A DNA stretch of 64,000 bases from Oscillospiraceae bacterium (GCA_009777255.1 WRMG01000001.1:5751-69750); one strand, 5' to 3'; numbered from the stretch's first letter, positions 28,812 to 39,656 are shown. Made by a program: numbers and translations. Notes: a model not told the origin generated them from the sequence alone.

Positions 28812-29659
28812 ATTATATCCTCCACAAAAGCCCTCGGGTCAAACGGCTTCAAATCCTCAGCCTTTTCCCCGACGCCGATGAACTTGACCGGCACGCCCAG
28901 CGTATCCGCGACGGCCACCACTATGCCGCCCTTCGCCGTCCCGTCCAGCTTTGTCAGCACCACGCCCGTCAGCAGCGCCGCCTCACAGAATTTTTTCGCC
29001 TGTTCAAGCCCGTTCTGCCCCGTCGCCGCGTCTATGACCAAGAGCGTCTCGCGGTCATGCCCGGGCAGCTCGCGGTCAATTATCCGGCTGATCTTCGCCA
29101 GCTCATTCAGCAGATTCTGCTTGTTGTGCAGCCGGCCAGCCGTATCGCACAGCAGCACGTCAACGCCCCGCGCCTTCGCGGCGCCGATAGCGTCGAACAC
29201 CACCGCGGCGGCGTCCGCGCCCTCGTTCTGCTTGATTATACCCGCCCGCGCCCGCTCCGCCCAGATGGAAAGCTGTTCGGCGGCGGCGGCCCGGAACGTG
29301 TCGCCCGCGCACAGCAGCACCTCTTTGCCCTGATTTTTCAGTCTGAGCGCCAGCTTGCCCAGCGTCGTGGTCTTGCCCACGCCGTTGACGCCGGCAATCA
29401 AAACCACCGACGGCTTCGAGTCCAGCTTCAGCGCCCTGTCGCCGCGCTCCAATATCTCGACGATGATGTCCTTCAGCGCCCGCGTCACTCCGTCCTCGTT
29501 CTTCAGCTTGTCACGCTTGCACGTTTCCCGCAGTTTTTCAACGATCCCCGCCGCCGTCATAACGCCCGTGTCGGCAAGGATGAGCGTCTCCTCAAGCTCG
29601 TCGAAAAACTCGTCGTCTATCCTCTGAAACGCGCTGAAAATCTTATTGAACAAACCCAT
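28808..29659 (-). CDS. ftsY: Signal recognition particle receptor FtsY (NG domain form)
   Basis: GVNGVGKTTTLGKLA, DTAGRL and TKLDGTAKGG motifs. Confidence 0.93.
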   Translation of the reverse strand: MGLFNKIFSAFQRIDDEFFDELEETLILADTGVMTAAGIVEKLRETCKRDKLKNEDGVTRALKDIIVEILERGDRALKLDSKPSVVLIAGVNGVGKTTTLGKLALRLKNQGKEVLLCAGDTFRAAAAEQLSIWAERARAGIIKQNEGADAAAVVFDAIGAAKARGVDVLLCDTAGRLHNKQNLLNELAKISRIIDRELPGHDRETLLVIDAATGQNGLEQAKKFCEAALLTGVVLTKLDGTAKGGIVVAVADTLGVPVKFIGVGEKAEDLKPFDPRAFVEDII

Positions 29660-29677
29660 TGTTGACTCCCCCCCCCG

Positions 29678-32600
29678 TTACTTCAGCTTCAGGCTCAGCG
29701 CGCGCTCCACCTCGGCAATATCCAGCGGCAGTATCTTCGACACGCCCTGCTGCTCCGACGTGACGCCGTATATAAAGTTCGCCGCCTCCATCGTGCTGCG
29801 CCTGTGCGTGATGACCACGAACTGCAGCTGCTTCGCCATACGTTTAAGATAATCGGCGTACCGCGTGACGTTTATCTCGTCAAGGTCGTGGTCAACCTCG
29901 TCCAGCACGCAGAACGGCGCCGGATTGACCTTAAATATAGCGAAATACAGCGCGATGGCCACCAGCGACCTCTCGCCGCCCGACAGCGGCGCCAGCGCCG
30001 CGAGGCGCTTGCCCGGCGGCTGCACGCGTATCTCTATGCCCGAGTTGAGTATATCCTCGGGGTCCTCAAGCTCCAGATACGCCTGTCCCCCGCCGAATAT
30101 CTCCAGAAACGTCTCCACAAACTTTTCGCTTATACCGTTAAACTTATCCGTGAATATCTTCTTCATCTCGGCGACTATCTCGTCGATTATGCCCAGCAGC
30201 TCGGTCTTTGACTTGCTAACGTCGCCGCTTTGCAGCGTCAGATACTCATAGCGCTCGTTGACCCTCTTATACTCGTCTATCGCGCCGATATTCACCGTGC
30301 CCAGCGCCTCAATCTCGCGTTTAAGCTCCGCTATACGCCGCTGCGCGACCGGCACGCTCTCTATCTCCGTGCGCTGCTTCAGCGCGTCCTGATGCGCCAG
30401 CCCGTAATTCTCCCAAAGCTGCTCAAGTATCTGCTTCTCCTCCTGCTCGCCCGCGGCGCGCTTGCTCTCGATACGCGCGGCCTCGCGCTCGAGCTTTAAG
30501 TTCTGCTCGTTTATCTCCTTTGTTGCTTTGTCCGCGCGGGAGCGCTCCGCCTCGAACTCCATCGACTGCTGCACGGCGATCATAAGCTGCTGTCTTATCT
30601 CCTCGTGCGCGCGCTCACAGCCGCTGATCTCGTCAGCCAGCTCCTCCAGCTGCCGCCCGTACTCCGCCTTTTTCTCCCGCTGTTCACTGATCGCGGCCTC
30701 TTTCTGCTCGCTGTCGCCGGACAGCTGTTCCCGAAAGCTCCCGTATTCCCCGACCGCGCGCTCAACGCCGCGTATCTCCGCCTGCAAGCCCGCCTGCTCC
30801 GCGCGCGCGTCGTTTATCCGGCGCGACAGATCCTCGTGCCGCGTGTCAAGCTCGCCCATCGCGGCCTCCAGCTCCAGCGCGGATTGCCCGAACGCCCGCG
30901 CGTCCCGCTCCAGCGCTTTAATGGTTTCGTTATGCTCCTCCGCTTTCTGCCTGTTCTGCTCTATGCGCTCCGAAATACCCGAAAGCTCGTCCTGCAATAT
31001 TTTTATCGCGGCGGCCAGCTGCCCGGTCCACGCCTGCTTGTGCTGGCGCTCCGCCGTGAGCGCCGTCAGGGTGATCTCCGCGGCCCTGCGCTCCTCCTCC
31101 GCCACGCCCAGCTCATACTGCGCCGCCTGTGTCTCACGCTCGGCGTTTTTAAGCTCGCGGCCTGCGGCGCCGAGCTTCTCACGCAGCCCCTCCAGTTTTT
31201 TATTCAGCCGTTCCAGCTCGTTTTTCCGCGACAGCGTCCCCACGTTCTGCGCCGCCGCGCCGCCGGTCATGGCGCCGCCCGCGCTTATAACCTGTCCGTC
31301 CAGCGTCACTATCCTGACGCGGAACCTGTTGTTCCGCGCTATCTCCACCGCCGCGTCCATATCCCTCGCCACCAGCGTGCGCCCCAAAAGCTGAAGTATC
31401 ACGCCCTCAATTCTTTTATCATACGCCACTAAATCGCTCGCAACCCCGATCAGCCCGCCGTGGCCGCCGCCGCGGTCCTCCGTCCTCTCGCCCCTAACGG
31501 CCGACAGCGGCAGAAACGTCGCGCGCCCGATGCCGCGGCTTTTCAAAAACTGTATACATTCCTTGGCGTTGTTCTCCTCCTCGACGACTATGTTTTGCAG
31601 CGCGCTCCCGAGCGCCGTCTCTATCGCCACGGCATAGTCGTCCTCGGCGCGGATAAGCTCCGACACCGTCCCCAGCACCCCTTTGAATTTCCCGTTCATA
31701 ACGGCCTTTACGGCGCGCGGGAACCCCTCGTACTCCCGCTCCATATCGCGCAGTATGCCCGCGCGCGACTCCGTGGCCTGTATCTCGCGCTCGCAGTCCG
31801 AAAACCCCGAGCGCAGCTCGTCCGCCTTCTTCGCCCGCGCGCCCGCGCGTATCCTATAGCCCTCTATCACATGCTCAAGCGACTCAAAATTCTCTCCGGC
31901 CGTTTTAATATTGCCGTCTATATCCTCCAGCTCCGAAACGCTCTCCTTATGCGTCTGGTTGCGCACGGCCAGCTCCGTCATCACCGTCTGGCGCCTTGCC
32001 GACATTTCGCTGCTCAGCGCCTCCAGCGTACTCAGCGCGTCCCGCGTCCCGTTTATGCCCGCCGAGGCGGCGGCCCCGTCCAGCCGCAGCTTTGCCAGCT
32101 TCGCCTCCAGGTCCCCCGTCTCCTCGGCGCGTTTTTGCGTCTCGGCTATCGTCTCCTCCAGCACCCTGTCCGTCGCGGCAAGTTTGGCGTTCAGCTCCTC
32201 AAGCCTGCTCTCATGCTCGGACAGCTGCTGCAACAAGCTCTCATACCGTCCGGCATGTCCCTCCAGCTCCTCGGTCAGCCGCGCTATATATTCGTCGGCA
32301 TGGGCGATGTTCGCCTTTATAAGCTCGCCTTTTCCGGCCAGCTCCTGCGTTTCAAGCTCGTTGCGCGACAGCGCGCCGCGCACCTCGTCCACCATTCTCT
32401 GCTGTTCGGCGTGCCTTTCGCCCAGCGTCTCGGCGGCGGCGTACTGCTCCTCCAGCCTCCTGCGGCCCTGTTCCATATCCGCCTCTATCAGCTGATAATC
32501 CCGCCTGATTTTCTCCGTATCGAACCGCAGCCTGTCCAGATTATTAAGCCATACGTTTATCTCCAAAACACGCTGCTCGTCGCGGTATTTCAAATACGTT

Positions 32601-33241
32601 CTGGCCTTTTCGCTCTGTTCCTGCAACGGTTCGCGCTGAAGACTCAGCTCGTCTATCTTGTCCTGTATGCGCACAAGATTTTCCTCGGCGACCGCCAGCT
32701 TGCGCTCCGTCTCCTCCTTGCGCATCCGAAAGCGCGAGATGCCCGCCGCCTCCTCAAAAACGCGCCGCCTGTCGGCGCTCTTGTCGGAGAGTATCTCAGA
32801 TATTCGCCCCTGTCCGATGATGGAATACCCGTCGCGCCCCAGCCCCGTGCCGAAGAACAAATCCAGCACGTCCTTCAGCCTCACGGAGCGCTTGTTGATA
32901 TAATATTCGCTCTCTCCCGAACGGTACAGGCGGCGCGTAACCGCCACCTCATCGCCGTCCTCGGGAAATATCCGCGAGCTGTTGTCAAGCCTGATAGTCA
33001 CCTCGCAGAATCCCACGGGCCCGCGGTTCTGAGTGCCGTGGAAGATAAGCTCCTCCATTTTTTTGTCACAGCGCAGCGACTTCGCGCTCTGCTCGCCCAG
33101 CACCCAGCGTATCGCCTCCGCCACGTTCGACTTGCCGCTGCCGTTCGGCCCGACAACGGTAGTCACGCCGTTGTCAAACGTCAGCGCCGTCTTGTCGGGA
33201 AACGACTTAAAGCCCTGTAATTCAAATGATTTCAGTATCAA
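29678..33241 (-). CDS. smc: Chromosome segregation protein SMC
   Basis: 1187 aa with N-terminal GPNGSGKSN, long coiled coils, a hinge, and C-terminal LSGGERSL and DEVD motifs. Confidence 0.97.
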   Translation of the reverse strand: MILKSFELQGFKSFPDKTALTFDNGVTTVVGPNGSGKSNVAEAIRWVLGEQSAKSLRCDKKMEELIFHGTQNRGPVGFCEVTIRLDNSSRIFPEDGDEVAVTRRLYRSGESEYYINKRSVRLKDVLDLFFGTGLGRDGYSIIGQGRISEILSDKSADRRRVFEEAAGISRFRMRKEETERKLAVAEENLVRIQDKIDELSLQREPLQEQSEKARTYLKYRDEQRVLEINVWLNNLDRLRFDTEKIRRDYQLIEADMEQGRRRLEEQYAAAETLGERHAEQQRMVDEVRGALSRNELETQELAGKGELIKANIAHADEYIARLTEELEGHAGRYESLLQQLSEHESRLEELNAKLAATDRVLEETIAETQKRAEETGDLEAKLAKLRLDGAAASAGINGTRDALSTLEALSSEMSARRQTVMTELAVRNQTHKESVSELEDIDGNIKTAGENFESLEHVIEGYRIRAGARAKKADELRSGFSDCEREIQATESRAGILRDMEREYEGFPRAVKAVMNGKFKGVLGTVSELIRAEDDYAVAIETALGSALQNIVVEEENNAKECIQFLKSRGIGRATFLPLSAVRGERTEDRGGGHGGLIGVASDLVAYDKRIEGVILQLLGRTLVARDMDAAVEIARNNRFRVRIVTLDGQVISAGGAMTGGAAAQNVGTLSRKNELERLNKKLEGLREKLGAAGRELKNAERETQAAQYELGVAEEERRAAEITLTALTAERQHKQAWTGQLAAAIKILQDELSGISERIEQNRQKAEEHNETIKALERDARAFGQSALELEAAMGELDTRHEDLSRRINDARAEQAGLQAEIRGVERAVGEYGSFREQLSGDSEQKEAAISEQREKKAEYGRQLEELADEISGCERAHEEIRQQLMIAVQQSMEFEAERSRADKATKEINEQNLKLEREAARIESKRAAGEQEEKQILEQLWENYGLAHQDALKQRTEIESVPVAQRRIAELKREIEALGTVNIGAIDEYKRVNERYEYLTLQSGDVSKSKTELLGIIDEIVAEMKKIFTDKFNGISEKFVETFLEIFGGGQAYLELEDPEDILNSGIEIRVQPPGKRLAALAPLSGGERSLVAIALYFAIFKVNPAPFCVLDEVDHDLDEINVTRYADYLKRMAKQLQFVVITHRRSTMEAANFIYGVTSEQQGVSKILPLDIAEVERALSLKLK

Positions 33242-33894
33242 CCCATAGCCTCCATAGCGCGCCGCGCCGCAAGCTGCTCCGCTTCCTTCTTGCTCGCGCC
33301 CGTACCCAGTCCCATCGGTCTGCCGTCCACCCTTATCTCGGCGGTGAATATCCTGCGGTGCGGGGGCCCGTCCTCCCCTATCAGATGATAGGAGATGCCC
33401 GAGCCTGCATTCTGCACTTTTTCCTGTATGATCGTCTTGTAATCCGTAAACGAATTTTGCAGCGCGGCGGGGAATATGTGCGTTTCCGCGAACAGGCGCG
33501 CGCTTTCAAGCCCCCCGTCAAGGTACACGGCGGCAAGCAGCGCTTCAACCAGATCCGCCAGTATCGAGGGGCGCCGGCGCCCGCCCGTGCCGTCCTCGCC
33601 CTTGCCAACCCTGAGATGCTCGCCCAGTCCCAGAATATTCGCGGCGTTGGCCAAGCTGGACTCGCATACAAGCGTAGCCCGCCGTTTGGTCAGCTCGCCC
33701 TCGCTCAGCTTGGGATGCGAGATATAAAGCATCTCCGCCGTGAGCATCCCCAGCACGGAGTCGCCCAAAAACTCCAGCCGCTCATAGCTGTGCTTCAGGT
33801 TCCTCTCGTTTTTATACGAGCTGTGCGTCAGCGCGATTTCCAGCAGCTCTTTATTCCCGAAGGAATAACCGATTTTATCCTCAAGCGGCCTCAT
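33238..33894 (-). CDS. rnc: Ribonuclease III
   Basis: ERLEFLGDSVLG signature and a C-terminal dsRBD. It has 4-nt overlaps with smc and plsX. Confidence 0.93.
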   Translation of the reverse strand: MRPLEDKIGYSFGNKELLEIALTHSSYKNERNLKHSYERLEFLGDSVLGMLTAEMLYISHPKLSEGELTKRRATLVCESSLANAANILGLGEHLRVGKGEDGTGGRRRPSILADLVEALLAAVYLDGGLESARLFAETHIFPAALQNSFTDYKTIIQEKVQNAGSGISYHLIGEDGPPHRRIFTAEIRVDGRPMGLGTGASKKEAEQLAARRAMEAMG

Positions 33895-34946
33895 GGCTTC
33901 TCCGCGCCGCCGTCAGCCGTTTCCGCCGAAAGCTCCGCGATAAGAGCCTTCATCGTGTCCATCTGTCCGGCGATATGCTCGGCGAACCCGCATTTGGCGT
34001 ATGCCACCGCCTGCCTTACCGCCCCTCTGACCGCCCGCGCGTCGGACGAGCCGTGCGCTTTAAGTATCGGCTTCGACATGCCCAAGAGCGGCGCGCCGCC
34101 CGTCTCGCGGTAATCCATTTTGTCCTTAAAGGCCTTAATATCCTTATAACACAGCAGCGCCGCGAACTTTGTCAGCAAATTGCGCTTGAACATACGCTTT
34201 ATCATGCCGCCGAAAAACACACCCGCGCCCTCGGCCGCTTTAAGATATATATTGCCGGCGAACCCGTCCGCCACTATGACGTCGGCGCCGCCCAAAACGG
34301 CCTCCCGCGCCTCTATGTTGCCGACAAAATTTATATCCGCGGCGTTTTTCAGCATTTTATACGCGTTCCGGTACAGCGGCGGGCCTTTTTTCTCCTCCAC
34401 GCCGTTATTCAAAAGCCCCACCCTTGGGTTGGGTATGCCCAGCGCCAGCTTTGAATAGGCCGAGCCGAGATACGCGAACTGGAGCATATACTCCTCCGTG
34501 ACCTCCACGTTCGCGCCGCAGTCTATCAGAATACAGCAGCCGTCGGGCGTGGGCATCGTCGGCACCAGCGCCCCGCGCCTCACGCCTTTTATCCGCTTGA
34601 CTATCAGCGTCGCCGAGGTTAAAAGCGCGCCTGTGCTGCCCGCCGTGATAAAAGCGTCGCCCTTGCCCTCGGCCAGCAGCCTCAGCGCGACAAGCATCGA
34701 GGACTCCGGCTTCTCCTTCATTACCGCCGAAGCGTTGTCCTCCATCGTGACTACCTGCTCCGCGTGCGCGATCTCGATACCCTGCGGCAGATCCGCCACG
34801 CCGTCGTCCTTTAATACCTGTAGAATTTCCTCGCCTCGTCCGACCAGTATGATGTTCACGCCGAACTCACTGTTTGCCAGCAGCGCCCCGCGCACGATCT
34901 CCCTCGGCGCGTTGTCGCCGCCCATTGCGTCGATGATTATTTTCAT
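33891..34946 (-). CDS. plsX: Phosphate acyltransferase PlsX
   Basis: MKIIIDAMGGDNAP start. I chose the ATG at 34946, which gives a 4-nt overlap with the trmFO stop. Confidence 0.93.
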   Translation of the reverse strand: MKIIIDAMGGDNAPREIVRGALLANSEFGVNIILVGRGEEILQVLKDDGVADLPQGIEIAHAEQVVTMEDNASAVMKEKPESSMLVALRLLAEGKGDAFITAGSTGALLTSATLIVKRIKGVRRGALVPTMPTPDGCCILIDCGANVEVTEEYMLQFAYLGSAYSKLALGIPNPRVGLLNNGVEEKKGPPLYRNAYKMLKNAADINFVGNIEAREAVLGGADVIVADGFAGNIYLKAAEGAGVFFGGMIKRMFKRNLLTKFAALLCYKDIKAFKDKMDYRETGGAPLLGMSKPILKAHGSSDARAVRGAVRQAVAYAKCGFAEHIAGQMDTMKALIAELSAETADGGAEKP

Positions 34947-36232
34947 AATCCGGCATCCCCTTTCCACTGTGCAAGTTTTGCAAGCGCTCTCCCCGACATC
35001 TCTCTGTATCTCTCCGTCTTATCCTTTATCTCTATCTCCGGTTTAGGAAGCAGTCCGAAATTTATGTTCATCGGCTGGAAATTTTTTTCGCGCGAGCCGC
35101 TGATATGCCGCGACAGCGCTCCCAAGGCTGTCTCCGGCGGGATCTGCAAAGCGCCCCCTTTTACAATCGCCAGCGCGGCGGTGAGCCCCGACGCGGCGGA
35201 TTCCACATAACCCTCAACCCCCGTTATCTGCCCCGCGAAGTACACGCCCGGCTGTGCTTTCAGCATATACTCCGGCGTCAGCAGCTTCGGCGAGTCGATG
35301 AATGTGTTGCGGTGCATAACGCCGTAACGCAGAAATTCGGCGCTGTGCAGCGCGGGTATCATCGAGAACACGCGCCTCTGCTCCCCGAACGTCAGATGCG
35401 TCTGAAATCCGACGATATTGAGCATCGTGCCCTCTGTGTTGTCGCGCCTCAGCTGTACGACGGCATAGCTGCCTTTTCCCGTTCGCGGGTCCCGCAGCCC
35501 TATGGGCTTCAGCGGGCCGTACCTCAGCGTATCCACTCCGCGGCGCGCCAGCACCTCCACGGGCATACAGCCCTCGAATACCTTCGAGTCCTCAAAGCCG
35601 CGGACGGGCGCCTCTCCGGCGTTCGCCAGCTCCTCCCTGAACGCCAGATACCGCTCCTTATCCAGCGGGCAGTTGATGTAATCGCCGCCGCCCTTGCCGT
35701 ACCTGTCGCCGGTATAGGCAAGCTCCATGTCAACGCTGTCGCTCGATATAATGGGCGCGGCGGCGTCATAGAAGCTCAAAAACTCTCCGCCTACAGTTTT
35801 CTGTATGTCAACCGACAGGCTTTCGGCCGTCAGGGGTCCGGTGGCAATGACAAGCGGGCGGTCTTTCGGAATATGCGTGACTTCACGCGGCACAACTTCA
35901 ACCAGCGCCTTAACGCGCTCCGTCACGTAACGCTCGAACTGCTGCCTGTCCACCGCGAGCGCGCCGCCCGCCGCCACCCTTGACGCGTCGGCGGCCTCTA
36001 AAACCACCGAGCCCAGCAAACGCATCTCGGCCTTCAGCAGTCCGGCGGCGTTCTCCAGCCTGTCGCCGCGCAGGGAGTTCGAGCAGACCAGCTCGCATAA
36101 ATTATCGGATTGGTGCGCCGGCGTTTTTTTATGGGGCTTCATCTCGATAAGCGTCACTGGTATGCCATATCTCGCCAGCGTACAGGCACACTCACAGCCC
36201 GCCAGCCCCGCTCCGACGACGGTTACATTCAT
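34943..36232 (-). CDS. trmFO: Methylenetetrahydrofolate-tRNA-(uracil-5)-methyltransferase TrmFO (Gid)
   Basis: VVGAGLAGCE FAD motif and LVCSNSLR. It lies in topA-trmFO order. Confidence 0.93.
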   Translation of the reverse strand: MNVTVVGAGLAGCECACTLARYGIPVTLIEMKPHKKTPAHQSDNLCELVCSNSLRGDRLENAAGLLKAEMRLLGSVVLEAADASRVAAGGALAVDRQQFERYVTERVKALVEVVPREVTHIPKDRPLVIATGPLTAESLSVDIQKTVGGEFLSFYDAAAPIISSDSVDMELAYTGDRYGKGGGDYINCPLDKERYLAFREELANAGEAPVRGFEDSKVFEGCMPVEVLARRGVDTLRYGPLKPIGLRDPRTGKGSYAVVQLRRDNTEGTMLNIVGFQTHLTFGEQRRVFSMIPALHSAEFLRYGVMHRNTFIDSPKLLTPEYMLKAQPGVYFAGQITGVEGYVESAASGLTAALAIVKGGALQIPPETALGALSRHISGSREKNFQPMNINFGLLPKPEIEIKDKTERYREMSGRALAKLAQWKGDAGL

Positions 36233-38373
36233 GCTTTTTTGCTCTTTGACGGCGGCTTTTTCGCCGGTTTCTTCTTATCGTCGGGCTTCTTCGCAAAGGT
36301 TCTTTTATCCTCCGGCAGGAAGTTCGTACATTTCTCGTTTATGCAGAAGGTCTTTTTCTGTCCGCGCCCGCCGCTTTTGAACAGGGTCTGGCCGCAGCTC
36401 TCGCAGTTTTCCTTCTGCGGCACGTCCCACGTGGCGAAGTCGCATTTCGGGTAAGCCGAGCAGCCGTAGAACGTATAGGCGTTCCGCGTCTTTTTTTTGA
36501 GTATCTTATTGCCGCATTTCGGGCATAGCCCGGGCATCTCCTCGGCAATGGGCTTGGTGTTTTTGCACTCGGGGAATCCGGGACAGGCCAGAAACCGCCC
36601 GAAACGCCCCGCCTTTATGACCATCATGCGCCCGCACAGGTCACATTTAACGTCGCTCTCCTCCGCGGGCACCTTTATGCGCCCGGTCACATGCGCGGCG
36701 TTCTCAAGCGCCTCGGAAAAGCCGCCGTAAAACTCGGAAAGCATCTCCTTCCAAGGCTTCGCGCCCTCCTCGACCTCGTCTAAGTGCCGCTCCATCCTTG
36801 CCGTAAACTCGATGTCCACAATGTCGCCGAACTGCTCCATCATAAGCCCCGTCACCACCTCGCCCAGCGGCGTGGGGCGCAGCCTGTTATTCTCCCTTAT
36901 GACATACTCCCTGTCGAGTATCGTCGATACGGTCGGGGCGTAGGTGCTGGGGCGGCCGATGCCCCGCTCCTCCATCGCCTTTATCAGCGTCGCCTCTGAA
37001 AAGCGCGGCGGCGGCTGTGTAAAATGCTGGGCGGGCGCGGTTTTCAGCCGCTTGAGCGCCTCGCCCTCCTTCAGGTCGGGCAGCCGCACGGTCTTCTCCT
37101 CGTCGTCGTCGTCCCTGCCCTCCTCATAGACCGCCGTAAACCCCGGAAATATAACGGTCGTGTGGTTCGCGCGGAATATATGCGGAACCGAACCTCCTCC
37201 GGCCAGCACGTCTATGGTCAGCGTGTCATACACGGCGTTTGCCATCTGGCACGCCGTGAACCGCTCCCATATAATCTTATACAGCTTATACTGCTCGTCC
37301 GTCACCGAGCCCCTCAGCGTCTCGGGCGCCCGGTGCGCGTCGGTCGGGCGTATAGCCTCGTGCGCGTCCTGCGACGCGCTTTTATTTTTGAACACATTCT
37401 TTGTCTTGGGCAGATATTTTTCGCCGTAACGCGAAACTATCATATCCCGCGCGGCGGCGACCGCCTCGTCCGAGAGCCGCAGCGAGTCGGTGCGCATATA
37501 GGTGATAAGCCCCGTCTCATACAGCCCCTGCGCGGCGGCCATCGCGCGCTTCGCGCCCATTCCGAGCTTGCGCGAGGCCTCCTGCTGAAGCGTCGAGGTG
37601 ATAAACGGCGGCGGCGGCGAGCGGCGTTTCTCCGAGTGGCCGACACGCCTGACGCTCAGGCTTGAGCGCTCGAGATCGGCGAGTATTTCATTGACGGCGG
37701 CCTCGTTGGGAAGAACCGCCTTTTTCTCTCCCTCCGGCGCGAAATACGAAACCGTAAACACGCCGTCCCCGCTTTCGCGGGCCACGTCCAGCTCGATCGA
37801 CCAGTATTCCTCCGGCACAAACGCGCGTATCTCGTTTTCACGGTCAACGGTAAGCCGCGTCGCCGCGGACTGGACGCGTCCGGCCGAAAGGCCGGACTTT
37901 ATGCGTTTCCAAAGCACGGGGCTTATTTTATATCCGACCAGCCTGTCTAAAACGCGGCGCGCCTGCTGCGCGTCTACAAGCCTGTAATCTATATCGCGCG
38001 GGTTGGCTATGCTGTTCTGCACAACCTTTTTTGTTATCTCGTTAAACGTAACGCGCCGCGCGCGCTCGTCCGGCAGCCCGAGAAGCTCCTTCAGATGCCA
38101 TGAAATGGCCTCGCCCTCGCGGTCCGGGTCGGTCGCCAGATAGACGATCCGGCTGTCCTTAACGGCCTTTTTCAGCGCCGATATGGTCGTCTCCTTGCCC
38201 GCTATGGGTCGGTAGTCCAGCTCGAAGCCCGCTTCGACGTCAACGCCGATCTCGTCCTTGGGCAGGTCGCGCAAATGCCCCATCGTCGCCTGGATGTGAT
38301 AGCCGGGGCCGAGATATTTTTCAATGGTTTTCGCCTTTGCCGGTGATTCGACAATAACTAAATCGTACATCAA
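36229..38373 (-). CDS. topA: DNA topoisomerase I
   Basis: A Toprim domain (VIVESPAKAKTI), YMRTDS active-site Tyr, C-terminal Cys4 zinc ribbons and a Lys-rich tail. Confidence 0.97.
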   Translation of the reverse strand: MMYDLVIVESPAKAKTIEKYLGPGYHIQATMGHLRDLPKDEIGVDVEAGFELDYRPIAGKETTISALKKAVKDSRIVYLATDPDREGEAISWHLKELLGLPDERARRVTFNEITKKVVQNSIANPRDIDYRLVDAQQARRVLDRLVGYKISPVLWKRIKSGLSAGRVQSAATRLTVDRENEIRAFVPEEYWSIELDVARESGDGVFTVSYFAPEGEKKAVLPNEAAVNEILADLERSSLSVRRVGHSEKRRSPPPPFITSTLQQEASRKLGMGAKRAMAAAQGLYETGLITYMRTDSLRLSDEAVAAARDMIVSRYGEKYLPKTKNVFKNKSASQDAHEAIRPTDAHRAPETLRGSVTDEQYKLYKIIWERFTACQMANAVYDTLTIDVLAGGGSVPHIFRANHTTVIFPGFTAVYEEGRDDDDEEKTVRLPDLKEGEALKRLKTAPAQHFTQPPPRFSEATLIKAMEERGIGRPSTYAPTVSTILDREYVIRENNRLRPTPLGEVVTGLMMEQFGDIVDIEFTARMERHLDEVEEGAKPWKEMLSEFYGGFSEALENAAHVTGRIKVPAEESDVKCDLCGRMMVIKAGRFGRFLACPGFPECKNTKPIAEEMPGLCPKCGNKILKKKTRNAYTFYGCSAYPKCDFATWDVPQKENCESCGQTLFKSGGRGQKKTFCINEKCTNFLPEDKRTFAKKPDDKKKPAKKPPSKSKKA

Positions 38374-38407
38374 AACAGTCCTTTACGCGGGAGGCTGCTC
38401 GCCCCCT

Positions 38408-39559
38408 CTACAAAATTGAATAAATTCCGGCGGGATTGCCCGCCACCACGCCCGCGATTTCCAGCATTGTAAGCTCGGACAGCACCTCGCGCATTTCGGC
38501 CTTCACGCCGGAGCATATGTCGTCGGGCCCCAGCGGCCCGCTTCGCAGCGCGTTTACAATCTCCGCCTGTATTTCCGTCAGCGGCACGTCAATAGGCCTC
38601 TGGACCGGCGGCGGCGCGGCCGGCAGCTGCCTCCTCGGCGGCTCGGTTTTGGGCAGGCTTGGCGCCTCGCGCTTTGGCCCCAGCTCGACGGGGTACTGGA
38701 GTATATACTCGCCGAGTATGTCCGCGGGTTCCGCGGCAAGCACGGCATAGTCGCGTATCAGCCGGTTGCAGCCGATGCTGTTCGGCGCGTCGATGCCGCC
38801 GGGTACGGCGAACACGTCGCGCCCCTGTTCCCGCGCCACGCGCGCCGTTATCAGAGCGCCGCTCTTCAGCGGTGCCTCGACAATCAAAACGCCGACGCCA
38901 AGGCCGCTCATTATCCTGTTGCGTCTGGGAAAATTAACGCCCAGCGGGCGCGTGCCGGGCGGAAACTCCGATATGACCGCTCCGAGATTTATTATGTCGT
39001 TATACAGCGATTCGTTTTCGGAGGGGTATATGACATCCGCGCCGCAGCCCAGAACGGCCGCCGTCGGCTTGTTCGCGCGCAGAGCGCCCTGATGCGCCAG
39101 CGTGTCGATCCCCTTAGCCATGCCCGATACGATGACCATGCCGCTCTTGGCCAGATTATAAGAAAACATCGCGGCGGCGTTCAAGCCGTACGGGGTGGCG
39201 CCGCGCGTGCCGACTATGGCGACTGCCGGCTCTATCGCCAGCGGATTCAAGCTGCCCTTTATATATAATACGCCGGGCGGGTCGTCAATATCCCTGAGCG
39301 CGCGGGGATAGCGGGCGTCCTGAAGCGTGACTATGCCGATATTCTTTATGTCGCACTGTTCAAGGATATGCTCGGCCATATCAAAGGATTTTTTCGAGAG
39401 CGCCTCAATATCCTCGGGCGCGAGAAAATCCAGCTCGCCAAGCTCCTTTTCGCCCGCGAAATAAACCTCCTCGGGCGTCGCGTAACGCCGCATCAGCTTA
39501 GCGACCTTCAGCGGCGGCAGCATTGATGTCAGCCAGAGCCAGTATTTAAGCATCAGCAA
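38408..39559 (-). CDS. dprA: DNA processing protein DprA (Smf)
   Basis: GMAKGIDTLAHQGAL Rossmann-like core. It lies in dprA-topA order. Confidence 0.9.
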   Translation of the reverse strand: MLMLKYWLWLTSMLPPLKVAKLMRRYATPEEVYFAGEKELGELDFLAPEDIEALSKKSFDMAEHILEQCDIKNIGIVTLQDARYPRALRDIDDPPGVLYIKGSLNPLAIEPAVAIVGTRGATPYGLNAAAMFSYNLAKSGMVIVSGMAKGIDTLAHQGALRANKPTAAVLGCGADVIYPSENESLYNDIINLGAVISEFPPGTRPLGVNFPRRNRIMSGLGVGVLIVEAPLKSGALITARVAREQGRDVFAVPGGIDAPNSIGCNRLIRDYAVLAAEPADILGEYILQYPVELGPKREAPSLPKTEPPRRQLPAAPPPVQRPIDVPLTEIQAEIVNALRSGPLGPDDICSGVKAEMREVLSELTMLEIAGVVAGNPAGIYSIL

Positions 39560-39656
39560 TTCCCCATTCTCTATAATCCCCGATTATTCTTTACGAGCCC
39601 AAGCCAATATATCATATATTTTCTGTCGTGTCAAGAATCCGGCGCGCCTGTTAAAA

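Noticed and set aside
31460-33220. 586-aa plus-strand ORF, and similar long ORFs at 42809-44194, 51111-52520, 28305-29333, 26216-27232, 49384-50412, 45578-46537, 18733-19683 and 55809-56750.
   Set aside because: All lie antisense to genes with unmistakable homology (smc, lysS, nfnB, rdgB/ftsY, LCP, pucR, ctp, EAL, kinase). Their translations are Arg/Pro/His/Leu-rich with no motifs. These are shadow ORFs caused by high GC3 in the real frame.
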